A DNA stretch of 63,320 nt from an uncultured Gammaproteobacteria bacterium (GCA_964572055.1 CAZNDY010000001.1:1-63320), one strand, 5' to 3'; positions 1 through 10,131 are shown, counted from the first letter of the stretch. The notes: generated by a model not told the origin, from the sequence alone. A program made the numbers and translations.

Positions 1-350
1 TTGGGTAGTGATAGTCTTTTCCCGGGAGCTCCAGCAGCTAACAAAACCGATGCCATAGAAGCGGCCATTCCGACACAAATAGTCGAAACATCGCATTTTA
101 CATATTGCATCGTATCATAAATAGCTAGTCCAGAAACTACTGATCCTCCAGGTGAGTTGATATAAAATTTTATATCTTTTGTTTTGTCTTCAGCGTCAAG
201 AAAAAGAAGCTGAGCAATGATAATGTTGGCAGTGTAATCATTTATTGCCTCTCCTAAAAAAACAATACGATCTTTCAATAACCTAGAATAAATATCATAA
301 GCTCTTTCTCCTTGGCCGCTTTTTTCAATAACCGTTGGTATCAATGGCAT
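1..350 (-). CDS. clpP: ATP-dependent Clp protease proteolytic subunit (N-terminal part; 3' end runs off the window)
   Basis: Reverse translation from the ATG at 350-348 reads [33 protein letters not shown]...INSPGGSV...GMAASMAS, a canonical ClpP N-terminus with the active-site Ser motif. It is missing from the ORF track because it is truncated. Confidence 0.9.
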   Translation of the reverse strand, partial: MPLIPTVIEKSGQGERAYDIYSRLLKDRIVFLGEAINDYTANIIIAQLLFLDAEDKTKDIKFYINSPGGSVVSGLAIYDTMQYVKCDVSTICVGMAASMASVLLAAGAPGKRLSLP

Positions 351-525
351 ATTTTTAATTTTAAATATAATTTCATTTTTGATTATAACACAGATTATCC
401 ACTTTTACAATTAAACAAACCCTTGATTTTTCTATTTTTTTTATATAGTATATTAAGAAAGCAGGGTTTACCTGCTTTTAGACTTAGTTAAAATTAATAT
501 AATTTATAATAAGTATCAATATATT

Positions 526-2412
526 ATGTCTAGACAAAAATCAATATTTTTTTCCAGCAAAAAGAGAAATGGCTGGATATTCGGTTTAATTATTGTTTTT
601 TTCCTTATAGCTGCTATACAAACAGGAGATTCACAATATAATTCATTTTCCTCTTGGTTAGCAGGAAAGACAAATAATTTAATTGTTTTGCCTAAAGTTA
701 AAGAAAATCCTTTTAGACTAGGATTGGATTTACAGGGTGGTTCTCAATTAATATATCAGGCAGATGTTTCTAATATTGGTGATGCTGATAAAGATGACCT
801 ATTGGATGGAGTTAGAGATGTAATTGAAAGAAGGGTCAATACTTTTGGTGTTAGTGAGCCAGTTATTCAGGTTAATAAAACAGTTGATGGAGAGTATCGA
901 ATTATAGTTGAGTTGGCCGGAATTAAAAATGTTGATGATGCTATTAAGGAAATTGGTGAAACTCCTAAATTAGAATTTAAAGAGCAAGACGACCAAGCAA
1001 CAGAAATCGATGAACAATCTTTAAGTTTAATGAATAATTATAATCAAGGCCTTCAAGAAAAAATGGATGAAATAGTCCAAAAAATAAGTGAAGGAAATGA
1101 TTTTTTAGAATTAGCTATAGCGAACAATTCTCCTTTACAGGTTTCAAGCGATCCTAGCCAACCAGGGGCAGAAAATGATGGTGATTTAGGTTGGTTAGAT
1201 AAAGATTCGGACACTTATGACTTAATTAAAGACTTGTCTGTTGGCCAAGTTTCTGGTGTTGTAGAAGATGAATTTACTATTAAAATTGTTAAACTCGAAG
1301 ATAAAAAACAAAAAGAAAATTCAAATGATTATGAGTACAAAGTTAGAGAAATTTCTTTAAGTAAAATGACTAAAGATTATTTGAGAAGTATTTCAGAAAA
1401 CTGGAAAAATACAGAGTTGTCTGGAAGAAATCTAAAAAGAGTTACTTTGCAATTTAATCCTAATAATAATCTTCCCGAGGTTTCTTTAGAATTTGATGAA
1501 GACGGAGCTAAGTTGTTTGAGGATATTACAGCCAGAAATGTTGGACGTCCGGTGGCTATTTATTTAGACGATTATCCAATTAGTGTTCCTAATGTTAATG
1601 AAAAAATTTCAGAGGGAAAAGCAGTTATTAGTGGCAACTTTAGTATTGAAGAAGCTAAAGAGTTGGTTCAAAGATTAAAAGCTGGCGCTCTTCCAGTCCC
1701 AATAGAATTAGTAAATCAAAAAACCGTTGGAGCTCTTCTTGGACATCAATCAATTGTTGATAGTCTAGAAGCTGGTATTATGGGACTTGTTTTGGTAGCT
1801 ATTTTTATGTTGATTTTTTACAGATTGTTTGGCTTGTCTTCTGTTTTTTCTTTATTGCTTTATGGTTTATCAGTTTTAGCTATTTTTAAAGCATTGCCCT
1901 TGGGGATTTCTTTGATTTTTGGCTTACTTTTTGTAGCTTTAATTTTAATGGCCTTTGATGAATTGAAGATATTAGATCTTTCTTTAACGATACTGTTTGT
2001 GGCTATTGGGGTTGTTTTGTTTGTATATGGATTAAATTCTGTAACCTTAACTTTGGCCGGTGTGGCTGGTTTTATTTTGTCAATTGGCATGGCGGTTGAT
2101 GCTAATGTTTTGATTTTTGAAAGAATAAAGGAAGAAATGAAATTAGGTAGAAGCTTAAAAGATGCAGTTGACGAGGGGACAAGACGCGCTTGGTCATCAA
2201 TTCGTGATGGTAATTTTTCAACCCTTTTGATTTGTTTAATTCTTATGAGCTTTGGTACTGGTGTTTTAAAGGGATTTGGGACAACTTTATTTATAGGTGT
2301 TTCTATTTCCATGTTTAGCGCTATAGTTGTTACTAGAAGTTTTTTACTTCTTATATTAAATAAAAAGGTAGAAAAATTAAGTTTTTTATTAGGAGTTAAG
2401 GCTAAAAAATAA
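526..2412 (+). CDS. secD: Protein translocase subunit SecD, with an unusual insert in the periplasmic domain
   Basis: 628 aa with an N-terminal TM, a GLDLQGGS motif and a C-terminal 6-TM block (GMAVDANVLIFERIKEE). secF follows 20 nt downstream. Confidence 0.9.
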   Translation: MSRQKSIFFSSKKRNGWIFGLIIVFFLIAAIQTGDSQYNSFSSWLAGKTNNLIVLPKVKENPFRLGLDLQGGSQLIYQADVSNIGDADKDDLLDGVRDVIERRVNTFGVSEPVIQVNKTVDGEYRIIVELAGIKNVDDAIKEIGETPKLEFKEQDDQATEIDEQSLSLMNNYNQGLQEKMDEIVQKISEGNDFLELAIANNSPLQVSSDPSQPGAENDGDLGWLDKDSDTYDLIKDLSVGQVSGVVEDEFTIKIVKLEDKKQKENSNDYEYKVREISLSKMTKDYLRSISENWKNTELSGRNLKRVTLQFNPNNNLPEVSLEFDEDGAKLFEDITARNVGRPVAIYLDDYPISVPNVNEKISEGKAVISGNFSIEEAKELVQRLKAGALPVPIELVNQKTVGALLGHQSIVDSLEAGIMGLVLVAIFMLIFYRLFGLSSVFSLLLYGLSVLAIFKALPLGISLIFGLLFVALILMAFDELKILDLSLTILFVAIGVVLFVYGLNSVTLTLAGVAGFILSIGMAVDANVLIFERIKEEMKLGRSLKDAVDEGTRRAWSSIRDGNFSTLLICLILMSFGTGVLKGFGTTLFIGVSISMFSAIVVTRSFLLLILNKKVEKLSFLLGVKAKK

Positions 2413-2432
2413 GAATTAATTAATATAAAAAT

Positions 2433-3365
2433 ATGATAAATTTAAAAGTTGTAAAAAATAGAAAGATTTGGTTATCTATTTCGGCTGTTTTAATGTCCGT
2501 TTCTATTGTTTTTATTTTTCTTTGGGGTTTAAACTTTGGCATTGATTTTACCGGAGGAAGTTTAATGGAAGTTAAATTTTCAGGTAATGCTCCAAGTGTT
2601 TCTGATCTAAGGATGGAATTATCAAGTCTTGGTTTAAATAGTCTATCAGTTCAACCAACTGAAGGGGGAACTTTTATTTTAAAATTTAAAGAAATTGATA
2701 GCAATAGTCGTAGTTTGCTTTTAGAAAAACTAAATCAAGTTTCTTTGTCTTTAAATGACGGGGCTAGCCAATTAGAGGGTGGGCAATCATTGTTAGAGGA
2801 GGTTCGTTTTGATTCAGTTGGCCCTTCTATTGGAAAAGAATTAAAAAGCAAATCTTTTAATACTGTTATTATTGTTTTAATTTTAATTGTTTTATACGTT
2901 GCTTTTGTTTTTAGGAAAGTTTCTAAGCCGGTTTCTTCTTGGAATTATGGAATTTCAGCTATAATTGCCTTGTTTCATGATGTTTTAATAGTTTTGGGTG
3001 TTTTTGCCTTTTTAGGCAATTTTTATGGAGTAGAAATAAACACTCCGTTTATTGCGGCCATCTTAACAGTTTTGGGCTACAGTGTTAATGATACTATTAT
3101 TGTTTTTGATCGTATTAGAGAGAATTTACCGAAAAGCGATGATTCTTTTATCGCAACTATCGACAAAAGTATTAATCAAACCTTAGTTAGATCAATTAAC
3201 ACCTCTTTTACAACTCTTTTAGTTTTGCTTTCTATTCTTTTCTTTGGAGGAAAAACTATCCAAGATTTTGTTTTAGCATTGTCTATTGGTGTTTTTGTAG
3301 GAACTTATAGCTCTATCTTTATTGCCAGCCCTCTTTTGGTGATGTTTGATAAAAGAAAAAAATAA
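2433..3365 (+). CDS. secF: Protein translocase subunit SecF
   Basis: 310 aa with GIDFTGGS and YSVNDTIIVFDRIREN motifs, placed directly after secD. Confidence 0.9.
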   Translation: MINLKVVKNRKIWLSISAVLMSVSIVFIFLWGLNFGIDFTGGSLMEVKFSGNAPSVSDLRMELSSLGLNSLSVQPTEGGTFILKFKEIDSNSRSLLLEKLNQVSLSLNDGASQLEGGQSLLEEVRFDSVGPSIGKELKSKSFNTVIIVLILIVLYVAFVFRKVSKPVSSWNYGISAIIALFHDVLIVLGVFAFLGNFYGVEINTPFIAAILTVLGYSVNDTIIVFDRIRENLPKSDDSFIATIDKSINQTLVRSINTSFTTLLVLLSILFFGGKTIQDFVLALSIGVFVGTYSSIFIASPLLVMFDKRKK

Positions 3366-3388
3366 GTTTTTAAAATTCAATTTTTTAA

Positions 3389-3420
3389 AAGACGAGAATT
3401 TTTTAGTTTTCGTCTTTTTT
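3389..3420 (+). terminator. Rho-independent terminator after secF
   Basis: AAGACGAGAA / TTTTCGTCTT forms a 10-bp stem (one G-U) with an 8-nt loop, followed by a T-run. Confidence 0.7.
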
Positions 3421-3434
3421 GTTATAATTATAAT

Positions 3435-5447
3435 ATGAAATTTGATTTTTTAAAGATAATAAATTTTATAGCAGAGGGCTTGTTGTTGCTAGTTGTTTTT
3501 TACGTTCCCCTTCATTTTGGCTTTTATTTTGAAACCAATGAAGTCTTTGAGTTTCATAAATTTTTTGTATTTCGCTTTTTATTTTTTGTTTTAATCTTTT
3601 TTTGGTTTTTGAAGATTATTTTTTATGTAGATATTAAGAAGCTTGCTAAAACTTCTTTTTTTGTTGTTAAAAGATATTTTTGGCCGATTTTATTTTTTTT
3701 GTTTTTTTGTTTATTGTCTGTTTTTTGGTCGATTGATTCTCATGTTTCTTTGTTTGGTTCTTTGGATCGTCAATTTGGTTGGTTTAATTATTTTTTTCTT
3801 TTTATTTTTTTATTTATTTTGATTTTAGAAATAGTTATTTCTAATAATTATAAAAATAAGATTAAATTTTTTTTGTATTCTATTTTATTGTCAAGTTTTT
3901 TAGTGTCTCTTTATGCTATTTGTCAGTTTTTTGCTTGGGATTTTTTTCAATGGTCTGAACCGCCAAGTCTAACTGGTCGGTCTTTTTCAACCTTAGGACA
4001 ACCTAATCATTTGGGCATGTTTTTAATTTTAAGTATACCAATTTCTTTTTATTTTTTAAAAAGATCTAAAAAAATATCTAGCAAGTTTGTTTATTTAATT
4101 GTTTCTTTAATTCAAATATTGGCTTTGTTTTTTTCTGGTAGTCGATCTGCTTGGATTGGTTTTTTAGTTTCTTTATTTTTTATTTTCTTTTTTCTTTATT
4201 TTAAAAATAATAAAAAGTTTTTTTATTTATCTTTTGCCTTTCTTTTTTTGTTGTTTTTTTCTTTGTTTTTTTTAAACAAGTCTTTTAATCAAAGACTTTT
4301 ATCTTCTTTTGATTTCAATTCTGGTAGTACCGCAGCTCGAGTTTGGTTGTGGCCGAAAGCTGTTGAGGCTTTTATTGAACGCCCAATGGGTTATGGAATA
4401 GAAAATCAAAGAGAGGCGCTAATTCCTTTTTATGAAGAAAGGTGGGCTAAGGTTAATGTTGTTAATGTGATTTTTGATAGATCTCATAATATTTTTTTAG
4501 ACCTTCTTTTGTGTCTTGGTTTTTTTGGCTTTATTTTCTTTTGCTTTCTTTTGTTTTTATTATTAAAAATATTAATAAAAAATTTAAGAAAAAAAGATAG
4601 AAATAATTTGTTTGTTTTTATTTCTTCTTCTTTTTTAGCTTATCTTGTTTCTTTACAATTTAATTTTTCTTCTTTGTCTACTTTTTTGGTTTTTTTAATT
4701 TTTTTGGCTATTGTTTTTGTCTTGGATATGCAAGACAGTCTTGTTTTAAAGGATAACTATTATTTGGGAGATAATAAAGATTTAAGTCAAAAAAAAGACG
4801 TTTTTTGTAAACTTTTTGTTTTTATTTTTGTTTTTATTTTTTCTTTTTGTGGTATAAAGGGAGAATTGAAGTCGTTAGGGGATGATTATTACTTTTTTCA
4901 ATCTAAAAAATATTTATCACAAGGCTTTTTTGGTGAAGGAATATTAATGTTTTCTTATCTTAGTAGGGATGGCTATAAATATGATGATTATGCCTATTAT
5001 TTGGCCGATGTTTTTTTGGGTAATTATGTTCGAGATTATTTTCAGGAGAAATCTTTAGATTTTTTAGCGAAAGAAGAAATAAAAAAATCTTTAAAAAAAA
5101 TAGAAAATAGAAAAATTATTAGTAATAAAAATTCATTTTTCTTTAATTTTTTTAGGGCAAAGTCTTTGTCAATTTTGGGTGAACAAAAATTTTCAGAAAA
5201 AATATTTTTAGATTTAATTAATAAGTCACCTCATTTTCCTGATTTATATTTAAATTATGCTCGTCATAAAGTTGTGTTTGGTGATTTTGATGATTCTTTG
5301 AATTTGTTGTATAATATTATAAACGTACTACCAGAAGGGGAAATAAAAAGTGATATTAGTCGCAATGCTTTGTCTTTTTATAGAAATCTGATTTTTTATG
5401 AAATTAATAATGTTCACTTTAAGATTCAGAATAATAATTTAAAATAA
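3435..5447 (+). CDS. O-antigen ligase/polymerase (Wzy_C)-like polytopic membrane protein with a soluble C-terminal repeat region
   Basis: 670 aa, very hydrophobic and F/L-rich with about 12 TMs. The loop STLGQPNHLG...GSRSAWIGFLVSL is typical of the O-antigen ligase family. The C-terminal ~200 aa are helical and TPR-like. Confidence 0.6.
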   Translation: MKFDFLKIINFIAEGLLLLVVFYVPLHFGFYFETNEVFEFHKFFVFRFLFFVLIFFWFLKIIFYVDIKKLAKTSFFVVKRYFWPILFFLFFCLLSVFWSIDSHVSLFGSLDRQFGWFNYFFLFIFLFILILEIVISNNYKNKIKFFLYSILLSSFLVSLYAICQFFAWDFFQWSEPPSLTGRSFSTLGQPNHLGMFLILSIPISFYFLKRSKKISSKFVYLIVSLIQILALFFSGSRSAWIGFLVSLFFIFFFLYFKNNKKFFYLSFAFLFLLFFSLFFLNKSFNQRLLSSFDFNSGSTAARVWLWPKAVEAFIERPMGYGIENQREALIPFYEERWAKVNVVNVIFDRSHNIFLDLLLCLGFFGFIFFCFLLFLLLKILIKNLRKKDRNNLFVFISSSFLAYLVSLQFNFSSLSTFLVFLIFLAIVFVLDMQDSLVLKDNYYLGDNKDLSQKKDVFCKLFVFIFVFIFSFCGIKGELKSLGDDYYFFQSKKYLSQGFFGEGILMFSYLSRDGYKYDDYAYYLADVFLGNYVRDYFQEKSLDFLAKEEIKKSLKKIENRKIISNKNSFFFNFFRAKSLSILGEQKFSEKIFLDLINKSPHFPDLYLNYARHKVVFGDFDDSLNLLYNIINVLPEGEIKSDISRNALSFYRNLIFYEINNVHFKIQNNNLK

Positions 5448-5472
5448 ATACTAATATAATTTTAATAAATAT

Positions 5473-6249
5473 ATGTTTTTAATGGAGTCTTTTTTTGTAT
5501 TTTTCATGTTTTTGTTTGGTTTGATAATTGGTAGTTTTTTGAATTGTTTGATTTGGCGTCTTTATAAAGAAGAAACGGTTTTGGGCAGATCTTATTGTCC
5601 TAAGTGTGGTCAAGAACTGAGGTGGTATGATAATATTCCTGTTTTAAGCTTTATTTTTTTGAAGGGTAAGTGTCGTTTTTGTGGTGATAAAATTTCTTGG
5701 CAATATCCTTTAGTGGAAATAATAACTGGTTTATTATTTGCTTTTTCTTATTATTTTTCTCTTCAGAACGGTCTTTCTTTTTTAGAATTGTTTTTTTATT
5801 TTTTTGTAATATCTTTGTCTATTATAATTTTTGTTTTTGATTTGAGATGGTATTTGATTCCGGTTTGGGTGGTGATAATTGGTGGAGTTCTTATAATTTC
5901 TTTAAATATTTTTTTTGGAGCATCAATTTTAAATGTTTTACTTTCAATGTTAATTGGAGCTAGTTTTTTTGGTCTTCAATATTTAATAACTCGTGGGAAA
6001 GGAATTGGCGAGGGTGATATTTGGTTAGGGGCCTTATTTGGGGCGATTTTCCCGGATATTAAATTGTTGATATTATCTATTTTTTTAACTTATATAATTG
6101 GTGGTTTGGTGGCCATGGTTTTAATTATTTTTAAAATTAAGAAAATAGGCTCTCGTTTACCTTTGGGTATTTTTTTGTCATTATCGCTATTAATTGTTTT
6201 GTTTTTTGGAAAAGAAATTGTTAACTGGTATTTTTCTTTGATTTTTTAA
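5473..6249 (+). CDS. pilD: Prepilin peptidase (A24 family, PilD/ComC-like)
   Basis: 258 aa with the N-terminal Cys motif CPKCGQEL...CRFCG, then WQYPLVE, and GEGDIWL around the second catalytic Asp. Confidence 0.85.
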   Translation: MFLMESFFVFFMFLFGLIIGSFLNCLIWRLYKEETVLGRSYCPKCGQELRWYDNIPVLSFIFLKGKCRFCGDKISWQYPLVEIITGLLFAFSYYFSLQNGLSFLELFFYFFVISLSIIIFVFDLRWYLIPVWVVIIGGVLIISLNIFFGASILNVLLSMLIGASFFGLQYLITRGKGIGEGDIWLGALFGAIFPDIKLLILSIFLTYIIGGLVAMVLIIFKIKKIGSRLPLGIFLSLSLLIVLFFGKEIVNWYFSLIF

Positions 6250-6338
6250 TAGATTTGTGTTGTTGGATTATATTTGTTATTGCTAATATTTTTAAATTTT
6301 AGTATAATATAGGCAATTAAACATTGCTTGCTTTTTTT

Positions 6339-7601
6339 ATGAAAAACGATATAGTTGTCGGTCTTGATATTGGATCAAACAGTATTAAATTAGTCATTGG
6401 CCAACATAAGGGCGAATACGGTGATGATCGCCTTAGTGTTATTGGAGCTGTCTCTTGTCCGAGCTCTGGTATTGGTAAGGGTGGCATGATAAACAGCATA
6501 GAAGATGTTGTGTCTTCTTTGTCTGCTTGCTTGGAAAAAGCAGAAAGATTGGTTGGTTTACCAATAAATTCAGTTTGGCTTTCTTTTAATAATTCAAAGA
6601 TAAAATACGAAAAAACTAAGGGGGTGGCAATTATAAGCAAAAATGATGGCGAGATCGACTATTCAGACATTGAAAGAGCTATTGACTCAGCCAAATCCTT
6701 CCCTGTTCCCAATAATTATGAAATTATAGACAGCATTCCTATTAAGTATAATATAGACAGTAATGAAGACGTTAAAAGCCCCATAGGAATGAATGGAGTT
6801 CGTTTAGAGGTTGAGGTTTTAGTTGTTTTAGCTTTGAGTGGTCAAATAAATAATTTAATTAAAATAGTTCATAGAGCTAATTTAGATATAGATGGTTTAT
6901 TGCTACCATCACTTTCTTTGTCATCTGCTTTTTTAAGTAGCAAAGAAAGAGAACTCGGTTCGGCTGTTATAGATATTGGCGCTACTACTACGTCTTTAGC
7001 TGTTTATGAAGATGGTAATTTAATGCATTTAGCGGTTTTACCTATTGGTTCTGAACATATTACTTCTGATATTGCTTTAGGTCTGAAGTGTCCTATTAGT
7101 TTAGCTGAAAAAATAAAGATTAATTTTGGTGATGCTGATTCAGAAAACTATGAAGAAGATGAAGAGATTGATATTAGACCACTTTTACAAAATGAAAATG
7201 TTGATGATTTAGATTTTATTTCTAAAAAATATCTTTCTCAGATAATTGAAGCTAGGGTTGAAGAAATTTTTTCTATGGTTGATAATGAACTGAAAAAAAT
7301 AAATAGATCAAAAATTTTACCAGTTGGTGCTTTTTTGAGCGGCGGCGGTATTTTAATTAAAAATGTTCAAAAAGTTGCTAAGAGAATTTTGTCTTTGCCT
7401 GTTACTACTATAAATATTAACGCTTTAAGGCTAGAAATTGACAAAGCACAAAGTCCAGAATTTTTTACTTCTCTTAGTTTGTTGCTTGCCTCTCAACAAG
7501 AAAATAGTGGCAAGGAAAGAAAAAATAATTTTTTAAAAAATAATTTTAAAGAAATAGTTGATGGCGTCGGCGGATTTTTTAAAAAAATAATGCCTAAATA
7601 G
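6339..7601 (+). CDS. ftsA: Cell division protein FtsA
   Basis: Actin-like ATPase: MKNDIVVGLDIGSNSIKLVIG, VIDIGATTTSLAVY, GGGILIKN. I prefer the ATG at 6339 over the TTG at 6324 used by the ORF track. Confidence 0.9.
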   Translation: MKNDIVVGLDIGSNSIKLVIGQHKGEYGDDRLSVIGAVSCPSSGIGKGGMINSIEDVVSSLSACLEKAERLVGLPINSVWLSFNNSKIKYEKTKGVAIISKNDGEIDYSDIERAIDSAKSFPVPNNYEIIDSIPIKYNIDSNEDVKSPIGMNGVRLEVEVLVVLALSGQINNLIKIVHRANLDIDGLLLPSLSLSSAFLSSKERELGSAVIDIGATTTSLAVYEDGNLMHLAVLPIGSEHITSDIALGLKCPISLAEKIKINFGDADSENYEEDEEIDIRPLLQNENVDDLDFISKKYLSQIIEARVEEIFSMVDNELKKINRSKILPVGAFLSGGGILIKNVQKVAKRILSLPVTTININALRLEIDKAQSPEFFTSLSLLLASQQENSGKERKNNFLKNNFKEIVDGVGGFFKKIMPK

Positions 7602-7621
7602 CGTCAAGCTTATATAATAAT

Positions 7622-8929
7622 ATGCCAGAAATAAAACCAAACATTGAAACATCGGCTAAAATAAAGGTTATTGGAGTTGGCGGTGCTGGAGGGAATGCTA
7701 TCAATAGGATGATAGAGTCCGGCATCCGGGGAGTTGAATTTATAGCCATTAATACTGATATACAAGACTTGCAAAAAAGTAAAGCTGGCAAGAAGCTTAA
7801 TATTGGAAAAACAATTACTAGGGGCTTGGGGGCCGGTATGAACCCTGAAATTGGCCGTAAGGCAGCTGAAGAATCACAAAATGAAATCAGAGATCTTTTA
7901 AAGGGTTCTGATATGATTTTTATAACTTGTGGTTTAGGTGGTGGAACCGGCACAGGAGCTTCTCCAATTATTGCAGAAATAGCCAAACAGGCTGTTGATG
8001 AAGACTCCAAAAAACCTCTAGTCATTGCTGTTGTTACTAAACCATTTTTCTTTGAAGGGGGGTCTAGACAAAAAATAGCTGAAGAAGGTTATAAAAACTT
8101 ATCAGAAAGAGTTGATACGATCATTACTGTTTCTAATGAAAAGTTATTAGAAATAGTTGATAAAAAAATAACATTTATTGATTCTTTTAAAATCGCTGAC
8201 AATGTTTTACGTCAAGGAGTACAGGGTATTTCAGAAATAATAACTGTTCCTGGATTAATTAATGCTGACTTTTCTGATGTTAGAAATATTATGGCTGATA
8301 CTGGATCAGCTTTAATGGGCATCGGGCAAGGATCTGGAGAAAATAAAGCTATAGAAGCAGTTAAATCTGCTATTAATTCCCCGTTATTGGAATATTCAAT
8401 TGAAGGTGCTAAGGGAGTTGTCTTTACTATAACTGGAGGGGCTAATTTAAGCATGCACGACGTTAGTGAAGCTGCTAAAATGATTAATTCTTTGGCTGAC
8501 AAAGAAGCTAAAATTGTTTTTGGGGCTGTTATTGATGAATCTTTAGGAGATGAAATAAAAGTTACTATAGTTGCCACTGGTTTTAATGATAAAAATATTA
8601 GGCCAAACAAAAAAAACGAAACCGAAAAAAAGACAATTAGTTCAAATATTAATTCTGATAATGATTATTACTCTTCTAGTAATAAAAAAACCTTTGATTT
8701 GATGGCTGATGTTAGTAGTAAGAAATCTTTTGATTCTGAAAAAGAAGAAAGAGAAAAAAAATCAATCTTTAATTTTAATTCCAAGAGTCTTTTTCATAAA
8801 GATAAAATTGATGATGACACCGACCTTCCTTCTTCTAATAAAAATATTAATAATTTAAATAAATCTCAAACAGACGAAGAATCTGAGTTGGATGTCCCAG
8901 CTTTTATTAGGAATAAGATAAATAAGTAA
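7622..8929 (+). CDS. ftsZ: Cell division protein FtsZ
   Basis: GVGGAGGNA and the GLGGGTGTGA tubulin signature, a long N/S/K-rich linker and a C-terminal DVPAFIRNK peptide. Confidence 0.95.
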   Translation: MPEIKPNIETSAKIKVIGVGGAGGNAINRMIESGIRGVEFIAINTDIQDLQKSKAGKKLNIGKTITRGLGAGMNPEIGRKAAEESQNEIRDLLKGSDMIFITCGLGGGTGTGASPIIAEIAKQAVDEDSKKPLVIAVVTKPFFFEGGSRQKIAEEGYKNLSERVDTIITVSNEKLLEIVDKKITFIDSFKIADNVLRQGVQGISEIITVPGLINADFSDVRNIMADTGSALMGIGQGSGENKAIEAVKSAINSPLLEYSIEGAKGVVFTITGGANLSMHDVSEAAKMINSLADKEAKIVFGAVIDESLGDEIKVTIVATGFNDKNIRPNKKNETEKKTISSNINSDNDYYSSSNKKTFDLMADVSSKKSFDSEKEEREKKSIFNFNSKSLFHKDKIDDDTDLPSSNKNINNLNKSQTDEESELDVPAFIRNKINK

Positions 8930-8945
8930 TGTGCGTTTTAAATAA

Positions 8946-8969
8946 AAAAGGGCTATTTTCCCCTTTTTT
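8946..8969 (+). terminator. Terminator after ftsZ
   Basis: AAAAGGG-loop-CCCTTTT hairpin followed by a T-run. Confidence 0.55.
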
Positions 8970-8986
8970 GTGTTTTTAAAACACTC

Positions 8987-9015
8987 TTGACTTTTTATTT
9001 TTTATACTTAATAAT
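8987..9015 (+). promoter_or_regulatory. Candidate sigma70-type promoter of the atp operon
   Basis: TTGACT at 8987-8992, with an A/T-rich -10 (TAATAAT) 16-17 nt downstream. Confidence 0.35.
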
Positions 9016-9090
9016 TTAGTTGGCCTAATAATGGCAAAAAACAAAGGCGTTTTAAAAAATTAAATTTAAATATTTAATTTTTATTATTTT

Positions 9091-9372
9091 ATGCTTAAAA
9101 AAATGAGAGAAAATAAAAGTTTGGCCAAAGGTGTTTTGATGTATATTAGTTTTTCTGTATTAGGACCACTACTTACAATAGGCGCTATTGGATATATTTT
9201 GGACAATGTTTTTGGCACAAAGCCTTTTATGTTGTTAGGATCTGTTTTGGTGGCCTATGTTTTGAGCAATTTTTTAGTTTTTAAAAAGATAAAAGAATTT
9301 AATGCTTCTTTGGAAAAAATAGAAAGAGAGTCAAAAAAAGAAAGCTTTGGTCAAAAAGAAGAGAATAAATAA
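9091..9372 (+). CDS. AtpZ/AtpI-like small membrane protein of the ATP synthase operon
   Basis: 93 aa with two TMs and GAIGYILDNVFGTKPF, a pattern typical of AtpZ/AtpI. It is the first gene of the atp cluster. Confidence 0.55.
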   Translation: MLKKMRENKSLAKGVLMYISFSVLGPLLTIGAIGYILDNVFGTKPFMLLGSVLVAYVLSNFLVFKKIKEFNASLEKIERESKKESFGQKEENK

Positions 9373-9376
9373 AAAT

Positions 9377-10117
9377 ATGGATAATATAACTTTAGCATCT
9401 AATATACTTTTTTCGATTGGCAATTTTCCAGTTACTAACACTTTTTTATGGACTGTTGTTGCTAGCTTGTTTTTGATGATTTTTTTTGTTTTAATTGCCA
9501 AGAGAATGAAAGATGTTCCGAGAGGTGCTCAAAATTTAGTTGAAATGTTGCTTGAAGGAGCTTATTCTTTTACAGAATCGGTTATTGGTCCTGGAAAGCC
9601 AGCCAGAAGAATTTTTCCTTTAGTAGGAACAATGTTTATTTTTATTTTATTTTCTAACTTTTTGGTTTATATTCCTGGTCAATCGGCTCTTACTATTTAT
9701 AAAGGAGGAAATCCAATTCCTGTTTTTAGAGCAATCATGTCAGATTATGGATTGGTTTTAGTAATGACATTAGTTTCAGTTATTACTACTCAAGTTGTTT
9801 CTTTTGCTGTTTTAGGTCCATTTAAATATATAGGCAAATTTATTAATTTGAAGGGTCCATTAGATTTCTTTTTAGGTCTTATGGATCTTGTTGGTGAAAT
9901 CGCCAAAGTGATTTCCTTGTCTTTTCGTTTGTTTGGAAATATTTTTGCTGGTGAGGTTTTAACGGCAGTTATTTTATTTTTAATGCCGTTTTTTGCTCCA
10001 TTACCATTTATGTTTCTAGGACTTTTAACAGCTGTTGTTCAAGCTTTTGTTTTTGCTGTCTTAACTTTGGTTTTCACATCTATGGTTGTGGAATCATCAC
10101 CTGAAGAAGTAAAATAA
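9377..10117 (+). CDS. atpB: F0 ATP synthase subunit a
   Basis: Polytopic, with the LSFRLFGNIFAGE motif that carries the conserved Arg. The ATG at 9377 (MDNITLAS) is preferred over the upstream overlapping start. Confidence 0.9.
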   Translation: MDNITLASNILFSIGNFPVTNTFLWTVVASLFLMIFFVLIAKRMKDVPRGAQNLVEMLLEGAYSFTESVIGPGKPARRIFPLVGTMFIFILFSNFLVYIPGQSALTIYKGGNPIPVFRAIMSDYGLVLVMTLVSVITTQVVSFAVLGPFKYIGKFINLKGPLDFFLGLMDLVGEIAKVISLSFRLFGNIFAGEVLTAVILFLMPFFAPLPFMFLGLLTAVVQAFVFAVLTLVFTSMVVESSPEEVK

Positions 10118-10131
10118 AAATTTATATATAA

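Noticed and set aside
460-480. Hairpin AAGCAGG-GTTTA-CCTGCTT in the clpP/secD divergent region.
   Set aside because: No U-tract follows on either strand, and it lies downstream of a weak promoter-like element. It may be a leader hairpin for secD, but I cannot support any specific function.
9032-9064. 10-codon mini-ORF (MAKNKGVLKN) upstream of the atp operon.
   Set aside because: It is too short and has no supporting signals. It is most likely a chance ORF within the operon leader.
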